Part shown: positions 37,353 through 50,115 of the stretch, piece by piece
Position numbering within the stretch: the first letter of the stretch is position 1
Layout: each line of letters starts with the position of its first letter
NCBI GenBank assembly: GCA_001244265.2
Contig: CDLV01000004.1
Span: 620,001-684,000, forward strand
Direction: 5' to 3'
Length of the DNA stretch: 64,000 nucleotides
Source of the DNA: Microbotryum violaceum
Taxonomy: Eukaryota
Notes under the pieces: generated by a model
Database searches by the model: none
What the model was told of the DNA's origin: nothing
Seen by the model: the letters and a program-made list of their open reading frames with translations, nothing else
Position numbers and translations under genes: made by a program

Positions 37353-40300
37353 TCAAACAAGCCTTCCTTGCTGTGCTGGCTGGCTCGCTGCTTCGTTGTC
37401 AGACTTCCTTTTTGCTGAAGTTGAGCTCCTTGTTTCCGCGGTGGCATTTGTGCGACTTGTAGAGGTTCTGCCGGCGGCATCTCGCAGGCCGGGCACGCTC
37501 CGAAGGGCGGCAAACCTTTGCTCGGCATGTGCGCTCGTGCTGATTAGGCGCTCGTCCGGGTAACATGAGGTAAGGTCCGTGGTTGAACGATATGTAGTCG
37601 TTGACGGGCCTAATGACTCGATGACCTGTCGACTATCAATCATGCGGAACGGCATAGTGCCATCAATGAGGTGTGTGGAATAGCATGTTTTCTTGATGAG
37701 GCGAAGCTCCTGTACGACGACATTTGACAGTAGAACCAACGAGGCGAGCGTGTCTTGGTTGCAGTGGTTTGTTGTCACTTTGCTGTAGATGTATCGCACT
37801 GTAGGACACAAGACTTGTGTCAAACAAGAACTTCACAGCTCAACTGCCACTCAAAACAATGCACCAATTCCGATAGACAGCGCTTCTTCTCCATAAGCAG
37901 TTTGATCGCAGCTGAGTGAATGCATGCCACGCTTGAGGCCAAAGCAGATCAGAGATCCAATCTCCAATGGTGTGGCAGCGGTTACAGCTCCGTCAAGCGA
38001 TCCAAAATGAGGTTAGCGTTGTGCTAGCGCTCCATACTGCTTGTCTCTCTCAGGGAGCTTTTCCTAAAAGTATAGGACCGGCAAAACATTAGATCCAGCT
38101 GCCTTCGTTCCTAAATTCAGCAACAACTCACTTGAATGTGGCCGTCCTCAATATAGGCGTTCTTCTGAATCTCGTTTGTTCTGAGCGCTCGGGCCACCTG
38201 GCCACCTCCAGTCCAGCGAAAGCTCCTTGCGGTGCCCGCAATGTCTTCGAAGCGAGATGGTCCCATGGACTGCACCAACCCTTTCAAGACGCGTGAATGT
38301 ACTGCACTGCGTCCTTGCTCTGTATTGCTAATCTCTAAGCCTGCCTCTCCGCGACTTGTGTCGCTCAATTCCATTGGCCTCCCTTTGAGTAGAACAGCTC
38401 TGAGGTGGCTACACTCATGAGCAGCTCGATGGGCAATCAAGCTGGCCCAGTTCAGCGAGAAACTGGTATCGCGAGCATCAACAAGAGGCGGAAGTTTCAA
38501 GTGTGTAGGCTGTATAGTACCGAAGATGCATGAGTTCAGATCGAAATTACGCTAGTTAAGCTTGGTAGACGCACGATTGGACGTAATGAGCTGTTTGCCT
38601 TCTCAATGGTCTCGAGTACGTAGCGTTCCTCAGCTTGTCTGTCAGCTTCGTCGTAAGCGATTTGCACGTCGAGTCTGGCCAATGAGAAAGGAGAACAATA
38701 TGAGGTCCGGATTAAAAGGTAGAAGAACGCTTCAGCGCACGTGGCACAGTGAAGTGTCCACTCATAAGGCTGCTTCAACGTCAAAGTCCAGAGCTGCAAG
38801 CGATCGAATTGCACGGTCGACAGCTTCCCGCTCGTTTGGGTCCAGTTTCACAACACCCTGGCACGTGCTACGCCGCATGCCATCAAGAGCAGAATCCAGC
38901 AATTCGGTGCGGAGCAGACCTTGATCTTCCTTGGTAGGATGATGGTCTTCAAGATCTACTTCAAGTGGGCATGGTATCCCGTGTCAGATACGCATCACTT
39001 GTAGACCAAGTCGTTCGGAACTACCTTGAACTGTTGTGCCATGGGCGAGTACGTCCTCGACGAGTATGTCAGGTTGCGGACCTTGGTTGCGTCTGTTGGA
39101 CGCGATGCGTTGCACAGGCTTCCACATGTGTAAACCTGAAAGCAGTTCACGCGCAGTATTTGCCGCTGCAAAACTGGTGAGAGAGATGTCGCCATCACTG
39201 GGGTACGTTCGCATCGCAACAAGGTCAAGATCGTCGAGGTCGTTGTAGGTATGATGGTAGCCTTGACGTGATCCCGCCGCCTCGGTCTTGAAACTTCCTC
39301 ATGAGCTCCAAGAGTGCAGTGACTTTGCCAGTTGCCTGTCGGATTCTAGCCGGGTTAACTACTGTATAGATTAGATTGATTTATGAAGAACGCACCTGCA
39401 AGAACTCTAGAGCATCGGACTCCTTTACAATCTGGCGTATACCCCCAAAGAAGTGCTCCACCAATTCTGTGCCATGCCGCCAGGGAATGAACGATTCCTT
39501 CGGCCAAAAATCTCGGTAGTTGCGGACGAGAGCAATCGTTGAGTCAACCATCTTCCTGACCCCATCAAGCGTTTCTTTGGCGAGGAACGAGTGAGAGCTA
39601 GATCCGGGGCGACTTCGGACAAAGTCATACCACGCCTCGAACGTATATCTGACAACGAGCAACATCCTGATACGTTCAAGGGGCTGAAGCGACCGGTTCT
39701 GGATGGCATCGTGTAACTCGCCACATAAGAACAGATATACGACCGCATCGGGGTCGAGTTTTTTGTCTTCAGCGAGTTCGGTTACGAGTTCGAGCGTCGC
39801 CTTGGAGAATGCCCGATGTGTTGCATTGTCGTCTTGACGATCACGCCCGACCACATCACGACGAGACAGAGTACGACGCGACTCCAGTCCGCCCAGGATG
39901 GTGAGCATATCCTGGTAGGCAATGCATCCGAGACCACCGAACAGCAATCTTGCTCCAGAGTCGATAGCGTTCCTCAGACATTTGGCCAGGTGTTTTTCGT
40001 CCCGACAGAAGACTATCGGCGTTCCCGCGACGTTGACGGTCGATATAGTGATCTCAGGAAACACTCCGTCCGGATCTGGGGAGGGGAGGGTGTATGATGA
40101 CGCGTTCCTTGATCCGGTTTGAGCAACAGCGCCACCCTGATCGCGCAGAAGGACGGCAACATTACGTTGCAGCACACCCTCGCTTGCCGCACCATCTGCG
40201 GAGATGGATACCAGAAGGTGTGCGACGCAACTTTTTATTAATTCTTGTATCACTGAATGTAACTGTTCGGTCGCGTCCTCCGCGTTCGTAGTTTTGCCGA

Positions 40301-43300
40301 TCACAAAAGCGGCAAACACCTGTGCTGGGGAGCCAACATCGTTCGGTGCTATCATGTAAGCTCGGATCTGAATGAAGAGGCGACACATGTTAAAGTCTCA
40401 TGGAAATGAAGTACAAACTTAAAAGAATCATTGCCACTCACTTTGGTTCCAGCAACCGGGGGTCAGGTCCGCTGAACATATCAGGGAGTTCACCCGGAGT
40501 TTCGTAGATGCGTGGCGGACCAATTGATCCGATCAGCTCGTGGCGGAATATGCCCTTCGTACGTAGTTCGCGCTCTAAACTGAGGTCTTCTGAGTAGTAT
40601 GGAGTGGTTCGCATCCTGGATCGACACTTCGTGTTGTCTACGTGCAAATTGAATGTTAGGCCGTCTGCTTCGAGTTTCGCGCAGATACGATCCATGTTGG
40701 ACTTGTCGAGGTCGAGGCGCATCCTGCCTGATGTCGCTCGGTCCATTCTGCAAGCACCTCGATCATTCAGTATGAGGTTGAATTGAAGGAACGAAAGAAT
40801 GACGGTACTCACTGCAGTTTTCGGCTTGTGGATGCGCCGATTGTAGCCTGCAGCACTCTCAGAGCCATCGGAGACGCCAGCGCCATGGCTTGCTCGAAGT
40901 CACGCAGCGCTTCGGACCGCACAAAGCCTCGCATTGATTTGCCCTTGACCATCCGATCGTGCTTGACCGTAGCCGCTTCCCTCCAAGATGTTCGCTCCGT
41001 CAAATTCTCCTGAGGCCACACCTTGCGCGAATCGTAGATACACGGTCCCTTGACCGTTGTCATCCAGGATCTCTTCTAGTCCATGATGTCGCCGGTAGAT
41101 GGCCGAGAGAAGTGTATCGCCCGCGACAGATTTTTTGTTGGTGTATTTGCGAGTTGCGCCAGCAGCATATTGACGTCGAAGGGCTGTTCGACAGGATGAA
41201 TCCTTAGGAAGCCTCGCGTATTCTTCACACGGTAAGCTTGGTCCGTCCTTGTTGATCGAATCTCGAGCGCTATACTTGCGACAATTCACACTGATGATGC
41301 GCGGTGCTCGATGATCGTTGCGCCACTTCCATTCATTCGCTTCCAATTTGACCACCTCCTTACTCTCGAGCTCCGTCATTGGTCGTTTACCAATTTTGGG
41401 ATAGAGGCGCAAACAAAGCGTCCGTCGAGGAGGGGCCCCGCCACCCTGCGCCGCAGTTGATGAAAGATAATGCATAGCCGTTTCAGACGTAAGGCCGGGG
41501 CACGGTCCTAGCGAGGGGCTGGTAGCAGTTGAGCCAGAGGCGATAGGTCTGAAGAAATTGCTGATGGGTTGGAGGTTGACACACTTCTTATTGCCGAGAT
41601 GTAATTGAAATCGTGCCTTGCACAGCAAGGCCGCCATTGGAACCAAGACATAACAACGTCCACACCACACGTACTTTGGATTGTTGACGTCGACATTCGA
41701 TCCCGGGCAAAGATCTTCGACTTTTTCAGCAAACCTCCTGAAAAGAGGCGGATGTGTTGTGGATTTGGACTTGGAGTACCAATGAATGAATGAAGATTTG
41801 CTGTAGCTACACGGCGTTGATAGATGACCTATTGTGAGATAGAGTATCGCCAAGGTCAATCAACTTGTAGCAGGCGAATGGGCGAGATAGATATCGAGTG
41901 TGTTTAAATGTATTACAACTAACCTATTGTGAGATAGAGTATCGCCAAGGACAATCAACTTGTAGCAGGCGAATGGGCGAGATAGATATCGAGTGTGTGT
42001 TAAAGAAGGAGAGAGTGAACGAGACCAGAGCCTTAGATAGTATCCGTGTGCAAGCCACCTCTGAGTCCAATCAATACGCCACACCGCCATCTGCCTCCAT
42101 CCGGCGCCGCGCCACGCGCGCGCCATCTTCCCAATGCCACAAGTCCCTCTGGACCGCTGACCCTTTACTAATTTCCCACAACAGGATGGTCGCGAGCCCA
42201 CGTCGTATGCTCCTCGGGGTGAGCTCTCGAGCTTTCGTCGGCTTCGATGCCTTGGTGAAGGTCGTTTGCGGATTTCCTCCCAGACTTTGCCTTTGATTTT
42301 GCGCCCGTGGCAACGATGGATTCGATCTCTTTGGGATCCTCGACAGCACCAACCAGAGACGATAAACGACAGAATTGACGGAGCCGTGACATGTGAGCGC
42401 GCGCTGCGTTGAATGACCCAATCCCGAACACCTCCGTCTCCACTGCATTGATCGTAGCCGGCCCGCACGAGTAGCTGTCTTCCTGTTGTTCCGCCTTAGG
42501 AGTATGAGGGAACTCGTTTTTGATGTCCAGCTTCAGAAATTTGAATAGCGTAAGGACGGCCGTCCGAGTAGCCGCGGTGATCGGAGTGGCGGAGAGCCTA
42601 GTGAGTTGATCACAGACCATGTCCGCTTGTGCATGTTGATGCGGGCCAGGACCCAATGGCTGTCGGAGCAGAGGGGTAGAAACCAGATTGACTTTGACGT
42701 CGGCGTGTTGCGCATGCAATCGCCTAGCTCGATGAGATTCCGATACTGGTTTGGCGGGCCGAAAGAGCAGGCTTTGAAGACCGAATGAGGATCCGAGTCG
42801 GGAGGGCGAGCCATTACCAAGGAGATGACGGCGGAGGGTATAAGTCCATACGATGTTTCGAAATCGGGATTCTGCACTCGTCCAGCTCGAAGGACGCTTT
42901 CAATTGATAAGTTCACCGCGGCTTCACCGAGCCAATCATGACCTGGGTAGAGACGCGAATAAGCAAGTTGCCTCAGATACGAGATGAATACGAGTGGCCA
43001 GCTGAAGGATTGGTGTACTGACTTAAGAATCTCAGGAGATAAACCAGACTCGTTCCACTTGCAAGAAGAGGCAATGGTAGAAGCCCGTCTTGCTCTTGCC
43101 ATTGCAATCCGTTCAGTATGCGACGTGCGACAGCGATACAGTTGCGGTCAATTTCGTTGATAACGATAATTTTGTCCATCCATCGTTGAGCTCGCAGCGC
43201 CCAGCTTTGAACGTCTTTTGCTCGGTCGTACTCTGACCATAGCCGATCGGCGCCGAGCGGCAAACACGTCGACCCGACGGCCAAAGATCGATATCCTTTC

Positions 43301-43548
43301 TTGCGTGCATTGATCAGAGGATCGGTAGCGAGAAGCGCGTCTCTGGTCTGAAGAGTCGGGTAGGGTAAGGTCGAATACTGGGTGGGCTCGTCTTTGGACA
43401 ACTCGATGTGAAGAGACGCGTCGACGGGAGCGACATCGAAGGCGAGGAGCTCGGCAACCGTCATGTTGGTGAGCGGCGATAATCGATCAAAGTCATCGTC
43501 GTGCAAATAGTAGTCCTGATCTTCGTCAAGAAACAAGCATGGAATCAT
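37353..43548 (-). pseudogene. Ulp1/SENP-like (C48) protease fused to a P-element/THAP9-like DDE transposase; disrupted
   Basis: Protease: DWLGEAAVN, DSHWVL, INSL, QQEDSYSCG. Then CGRC...H...C, ASPMALRVL...STSRKL, LHVDNTK, SISADGAASE, DEKHLAKCLRN, DRQDDNATHRAFS and HGTELVEHFFGGIRQ. Disrupted by a solo LTR, frameshifts and stops. Confidence 0.8.
41755..42183 (-). mobile_element. Solo LTR of a copia family, with 5-bp TSD
   Basis: TGTTG...CAACA ends; GGATG at 41750-41754 and 42184-42188. Reverse-complement similarity to LTR 60661-60938. Internal ~77-bp duplication (41827-41903 and 41922-41998). Confidence 0.92.
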
Positions 43549-46500
43549 TTCGTCGTGCTATGCTCCAGTGTTAGAACGAAGTGAAGCGGAACGGAACCTC
43601 AGGGGCCCCGTCATTTTTATCTTACTCGATAGGGGTATCTAATCCCTAATATTCTCTAACAGCCACTGAACTAAAGTGATTAGCGAAAATGGCTAGTGAC
43701 TTGTTCAAGCGCGAGCATCGCGAAGCGCGTTTCGAAGCGAAGGCAAACGGGCCCAAAGCGATGCCGTAGGCTGCTCAGGGTAGGCCAAAATTGGGCCGAC
43801 TCACGGGAAAATCTCAAAATCTGGGCATGCGCCTCGGGGGCGAAACGTGTGTTTCGTCCCAAAATGTCAATTTTTTGCGATGCGCCTCGACGATTTTCAG
43901 GATTTTGGGTCCTCAAAATGTCAAAAAAAAAAAAAAAAATGCGCCTCCGGCTGGGCTTTCGGGGTCCTCGCCTACCTTCGTCGAGGTTCCATTTCCCATC
44001 AAAGCAGCCTGGCACATGACTCTCTGCTTCCCAGACGACCGGTTTCGCGTGCCTGCCACATCGGAGCGTAGTCCCTTCAACCATCCAGTTCTGCCACTGC
44101 CGCGCAGTCATCTGCAAGCTTTCACGTCCCGTCTCCTGTACAACAATCTTCACGGAGAGCAGCGGGGCAGCAGAGACGTCGGCAGCTGCTCGCGTTCCTC
44201 CGCACAATCCTTTTCTTCCCCTCCCGCTCTAATCGCAGACGTCGCCGCCAGCAACCTCGAACAATCGCCGAAGCTCAGCGACAACGATGCCTTCGCCAGA
44301 AGCAGCAGCGCGAAACCGATCAAGACGACGTCGCGCAAACTGGTTCGTCAAGTCAACTGCACCGGCAGCAGGCAGTCTCAATGTCGCACGGCAAGTACAA
44401 CGGGCCCGCAGTTCTTCACCTCCAAGCTTGAGATTCGTTCGTACTTGAACCAGTTCCGGACCTCGGGTAGCGTCGGCCAGTGCGCCAATTCCGCCGTTAG
44501 GGGCCCCGCCAGCGTGTCACGGGCTTGCGAACACTGGGCTTCACTCCACGACATTCCGCGGTCTTCCGCGACATTCTATGAGCCCGGTTTAAACTGAGGC
44601 GCAGGCTTTTCCATCTTTCTTCCTCCTGCTCTTCACCCCTGACCCATGGCACCTCATCCCAACGCCAACTTGAGCTCGCGACATCTGAAGCGGTCGTCGT
44701 GGAAGCTCTGCAACGAATACGGGATCAAGAAATGGCTGCCGCATGCAACATAGCTACGAATTCGAGTAAGTAGCTTCATGAACTGAGCTCTTAGTATGGG
44801 ATTGTTCAGAAGCTAATGGGTTACTACCAAGCAGAAATTCCCTTCAACACGTCCTTTTCGAGTGTCAACCCTCGAGTTGTTTCTTCACCGTCCGCTGGTG
44901 ACATTGCATACGTGAGTCATCCCTTGACATGGCTGTGCAGTCTTAGATATGACGGAAAACTGATACGAGAAACAGACATTGCACGTCAGTGATTGACTTC
45001 GTACGGTTGAGGATCTGCCGGGTCATTGGGACACTAAATGTGAGTCTTCACTGCTATTGCTACAAATGAACAACAGCAAGAATACTGATAGTTCTAAAGG
45101 AGGAATCACGCAAAAAAAAATGGTTCCGTGAATTGCGGCTCACCATCCGTGGCAGATTCTCAACGGCTCCGTTCGTTGGAGTGACCGTCGTGTTGGCAGG
45201 TGTGTGCCAATCTTTCAAAAGCAAAACGCAGGGCAGCATGACTTATGACCGGTTGGACTGTAACATCACAGGAAATCCGAAGCAATGCCGTCCCGTTATT
45301 CCACGGCTCGGTTTGGTGGAGTGACCGTCGTGTTGGCAGGTGCGTGCCGATCTTTCAAAAGCAAAACGCAGGGCAGATGACCAACTAACCGGTTCGACTG
45401 TAACATCACAGGGGATCCGAAGCGATGTCTTCCCGTTATTCCGAAGTCGCTTGCTTCATGGAATGCTGACTTCTGGGGGAAAGTTGAGGTGCGGCTTGAC
45501 TTCGTACGGTGCAGAATCCGGGTCATGGGAACACTAAATGCGAGTCTTCACTGCCATTGCTACAGATGGACAACCGCAAGAATACTGATAGCTGCACGAC
45601 ATCTCGGAGGTCTGAAGACCAGCAACAACATTGTCAATGGGAAAGGCCTGAGCGAGAGCGTTCCGGTCCGGTCCGGTCCGGTCCCACACAGTTCTTCGCC
45701 GAACCCTGCCTCTACCACATCAACATCGACGAATCATTCTACTTCCAGAGGATCTAGGGCAAATCAATTGCGGAGACTCAGGGAAAGGCAGCAAATGATT
45801 CTATCAATCAATCGCCTCCACCCCAGCCAACGCCCGACGTCCACTCTGTCCCGGTGGATGTCGTCATCCAATGGTTCCACCGCCTGTGAACGCTGCGATC
45901 TCTCGAAGGCCTCAAGGTCAGCAAAGACGTCGTCAACGGGAAAGGCTCGAGCGAGAGCGTTCCGGTCCAGTCCCACCGTTCTTCCGAACCCTGCGTCTAC
46001 CGCATCAACATTGACGAACCAGTCTACTTTCAGAAGATCTAAGGCACGCCGACGTCCAGCCGCCACAGTCACCGATGGCACTGGCACCGCGTCCACTGCC
46101 GGAGGATCAACTTCATCCAATGCATCCACCGCCTATGAACGCTGCGATCTCTTGGAGGTCTCAAGGTCAGCAAAGACGTCTTCAACGGGAACGGCTTGAG
46201 CGATAGCGTTCCGTGCAACAGAAGTGCTGATTTTCAGTGTGAGGTGACGCGCGGAGCGCGCCGCCGAACCTAGTAAAAAATAAATAAACCTTCATTGAAG
46301 CTTCGTACACTCCTCGTCTTTACATCCCACTCGCCCACTCGTACACATACAATCCTCACATAAAGCACTCCTTTCCTTCCTTGTTGAGCGGATAGTTCGT
46401 CCATTTCGAGCACAACAACGCCTGGATGGGGTACCTTCTAGACGACGCCAAGCACGCTCATGTCAACAACTTAAGCGATGAACCAACTGCAAGTCAAATA

Positions 46501-47626
46501 CAAAGTGGACCTCACCCATTGCGCAGCGATAACAAAGCTCGCCAGAGCCATACCTATCGGATGATGAATCGGATTCATATGAGGATGAGGATGATTCGAA
46601 ACTCTCGGCAGCTTTGGTCGCGGTTCCCCCCAAGTCCTCGATGTCTCGCACCTCCTCAGCCTCGGGGCTTTCGAACTCTCGCAAGAACTGTTCCAGAGAC
46701 TCCGAAGAGGATTCGACAAGCGATGCATACTACGGAGTCGAAGAAGACAGATCAGAGGAGGCATTACCTGACAATGTCGTCTCCGCACCACTCCTGGCTC
46801 GGAAAGACAAGAAGATTTGGACCGGCATACCTGCGTGCTCTCTCGGCGGAACGCAGACCGACGAACTGTCGAACACGAAGCGCGGAGGCATTTCTCTCAA
46901 ACATCATCTTCACCACTGCAGAGCACAACGAGCTCCGTCTCAGACCGCTCGTTCCTGGCAAGCAGAAATCCGAATGGAAATTTGTAAGCAACCTCCCTGT
47001 CCTGGAGCTCCCAAGGTTCATAGCTACAGAGGTGTGTCGAAGCTGCGTGCTGCCCTGCATTTTGTTTCGTCCTGTGATCGAACTAACTCTTATTGGTGAG
47101 ATATATCAAAAGACGCATGACTGGGCTCCACGCAATATGAATGCTGTCTCGCTGTCGTCGAGCGACCTTACAATAAGGCGCCCTCGTCTACTCATCAACA
47201 ACAGCCGTCGGACGTGGCAGTGGGGATCTGATGACGTCCAGAACTGCCCATCACTCTTCTAGAAGCTTGGAGTCAACCTGCGAAGGTCGACCTGTTGTGG
47301 AGGTTCTGCGGATGGCCGTCGTTGCTCGGGGGCCTGCAAAAGAGATCGGGGACGTTTGAACATCGTTCAACTGCAATGACCATACAAGCAAATGTCCGCC
47401 GATTCCGAAGCGTGACTTATTAGAATCTGTATCTTCGCTCGATCTCTATGAACTGTTCTTCATGGATGAGAGAAGCGAGGGACCGGTGCCAATTCTGGTC
47501 TAATCCGAGTCGGCGCAATCACGTTCGGAGAGGCCAAGCGGGGCAGAACATCGATGTAGCAACGCATCAAAATACTGTTCCCAGAGAGATACATCACACA
47601 TTGCAAGAGATACAGACGTCTACACT

Positions 47627-47760
47627 ATGTGGTACCAAAGTCCCCATGAACGTGGTACAAGAATGACCTCGGATGTGATCCCAAAGTCCGCACCGATGTG
47701 ATCCCAAAGTCGCCTTCGATGTGGGACCAGAGTTGCCATCCTCGGGACCAAAGTGCCCTG
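47627..47760. repeat. 23-bp-period minisatellite, about 6 units
   Basis: ATGTG(A/G)(T/G)(C/A)CCAAAGT-like cores at about 47627, 47650, 47673, 47696, 47719 and 47742. Confidence 0.8.
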
Positions 47761-48373
47761 CTATTCACGCGATTAACCCAATTCCGTTAGATTTCACATA
47801 GCGATTTCGGTCGATCGGGCCCCAGATGGTCCGAGCGCATCGTGTAATTGGCGCGCTCATCATTGGCGAGCCTGCTCCGTTCGGCTTGATCCCCTTGCGT
47901 ACGCTTCGCTGTTCTCCTCTTTTCAGGAGGATCGTCGGCCACGTCAAGCGCGACAACATCTGAAACCAAAAATGACGCGAACAAGCAGACACCATACCTC
48001 ATCAACTTGCCAGAACAACCGCCGCGAGGCCGATCCGTATTCGCTGAAATTTGTAGCCGCGATCTCTCGCTATGTCAATACCTGTCGTGGTACTTCAGCC
48101 CATCCACACGATTTGAAGGCGTTCAAACACACCGACCAAAGCTGTTCAACAGCATCTGGTCCAGCCTCACGCGTGTGCTTGATCTCATTCTACGACTTGC
48201 ACGCGAGGATGGCGCAGAGTCAAGAACTTGAAGCCGACTGAATCATGACTGGATCGCCGAGCAGGTGGACAACACTTCGTACTTCTCGGATTGATTCTCC
48301 GGATTCAATAAAGCTACTGAATACTTCCCTTATTCGCCTGCAGGCCGACTCAATCATATTAACGAGATGAAGC

Positions 48374-49350
48374 GTGAGCGTTTCTGACCCTAGCTCGGCT
48401 GGGTATCGCAGCGAACTGACACCAAAAATCAACACGCTGGCCGCAGCTTTACCGCAGCTTTACCGCAGTGTCATGGGTCAGATCGCATTCGCTTGCAACC
48501 GAAGGAACAACGCCATGCAGCATCGCAACGGTCTCATGACTCTCGCATGTGGAGCGAACGACCGATTGACAACAGTTCTGTACGATTGCGGCTTGACGAC
48601 TGACATCTCGCTGGGCCACGCTCCAGGCAGCTGCGAGCTTGACGAAGGCGAATTGAAGGAGATTGGCTCGAACAAGTGTCGCAGAATTTTCTCATGTGGT
48701 AACTGATGAAGACCACGACTCAGTCCAATGGAACGGGACGAGAACAGAGTGGCCAGAGGCTAAGGGACGAACTCCAGAAGGACTAGAAAGGGATGATAAG
48801 CGGAGATAATAAAGAGCTAATAGGGACTAAAAGGGTAAGACAAATGAGGTGCTGAAGGGATTCATGAAGTCGCTAGAGGCTCAAGACGAAGTACCATAAC
48901 AGGTACTATACGTAAACTGAAGGACGATGCAACCATATAATGACAACAAGTACTTCCATGTGACCGTTAACAACGTTGACGTCACATATCACGTCAACGA
49001 TCAGCAATTGGATCGACGAACCGAGCTGCTTCATGGAACTTTTGGTTACGCCCACATCCGGACAGAACGGAGATATTGCCGGCGCTTACAACCTTCGAGC
49101 CTACTCTGCACATCAAGCATCTTTACCGCGAGTAATCTCGAGCATCTCCTCCCAACTCCCCAATCCGACTCGTCATTTACAACCGGGATCAAAGTTCAGA
49201 TATGTCGAGCGCTTGCTCGACTGGTTCCTCATCTTGGCCTCAGTCTTCGCGGTCCTCGATGCACACCACCCCCTGTCCTCGTCATAGACGGGCAACTTGA
49301 GGCGCTCTCGAAAGGACTCCTTAAAGATCAACTTTGCCCAATCTGCATTG
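48374..49350 (+). pseudogene. DUF6589-like (putative transposase) fragments
   Basis: VMGQIAFACNRRNNAMQHRNGLMTLACGANDRLTTVLYDCGLT and VTVNNVDVTYHV...LLHGTFGYAH match the recalled pattern of this family in rust fungi and relatives. Broken and truncated. Confidence 0.65.
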
Positions 49351-49654
49351 TTGATATGCATTTCAGGAGACTTGACACGCAGCAAACAGGAAGGCAAATC
49401 AACACATGTGTACTTCACTCAAACAGGAGGTCAACCGGCACATACGATCAGAATGAAGGAGATCGTGTGATTGGGGTCGTCCAACTGCCTGTACAGCTCG
49501 CCGTCTCTTCAGGTCTCCTCAGATACCACAACCGCTTTCTTTCCCGTTCGATTGAGATTGCCGGCCTGAATAAAGCATGTGATTGCGGAAATCAGCACGG
49601 ATGTCGGTCCAGCAAGCCCAGTCAACAGAAAAACTCTCCGGATGATTGCTCAGT

Positions 49655-50115
49655 GCATTTAGTGGACTAACAACAATGCTGACGGCCCGGCGTCCATAAA
49701 TGAGATACATTGCTTCGAAAATAACACTTTTGCCTGAGCTTGTTGGCGCTGTGACAAACACAGCGTCATATCGATCCCGGTTCCCAAATTGGTCGAGTTT
49801 GAAAAGTACAGCAATGGCCTCGATCTGCACGGGCCGGGGGTACGTCCTCCGAGAGTCCGAGTCGTCAAGACTTTCGCTCATAATAACTTTGACCTTCTTG
49901 CGTCATTCGCTGGAATCTCGTCGGTCCTGGTGAGTCAAACGTGGCCCCCAGGAACCAAGAACGGGCCGGCCGGCCGGAAGGTCGGTTGTCGGATTGGTTG
50001 AATGATTCGGTGTTGGGGTCGTAGGACTGGCCCTTGAAGCTGATCGCAAGGGAGGCGCCCTGGATGGATGTCGACAGGGCGGTCTCCTAATCGGCCTGGG
50101 TGCTTGTACCGACAT
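49655..50115 (-). pseudogene. RecQ-like SF2 helicase N-terminal fragment
   Basis: Q motif PRPVQIEAI, Walker A APTSSGKS and motif Ia VVSPLNAL, after which similarity stops. ORF 49903-50115 is in frame across a TGA. Confidence 0.8.

Larger units (their letters stand above)
37086..43968 (-). mobile_element. P-element-like TIR transposon (6883 bp) with 8-bp TSD
   Basis: TIRs AGGATCCCCGAAAGCCCAGCCAGAGGCGCAT and ATGCGCCTCCGGCTGGGCTTTCGGGGTCCT. Exact TSD CGCCTACC at 37078-37085 and 43969-43976. Confidence 0.93.
36947..46273 (+). mobile_element. Helitron-like family B copy 2, interrupted by the P-like element
   Basis: Candidate A|TC start at 36947; hairpin at 46243-46265, then CTAG|T at 46270-46273. 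The flanks of the inserted element rejoin to resemble copy 1 (TTCGCCTACGTTCGTCGAG near 35417). Confidence 0.75.

Noticed and set aside
37353-38500. Separate second gene in the P-like element
   Set aside because: Same strand, linked by intron-like gaps, and more simply read as the transposase's last exons.
47627-47760. CRISPR-like array
   Set aside because: Eukaryotic context, linkers only ~8 nt, degenerate units and no cas genes.
49655-50115. Host SGS1 or telomere-linked helicase gene
   Set aside because: Only the Q, I and Ia motifs are present, with an internal stop, among transposon debris and no telomeric repeats.
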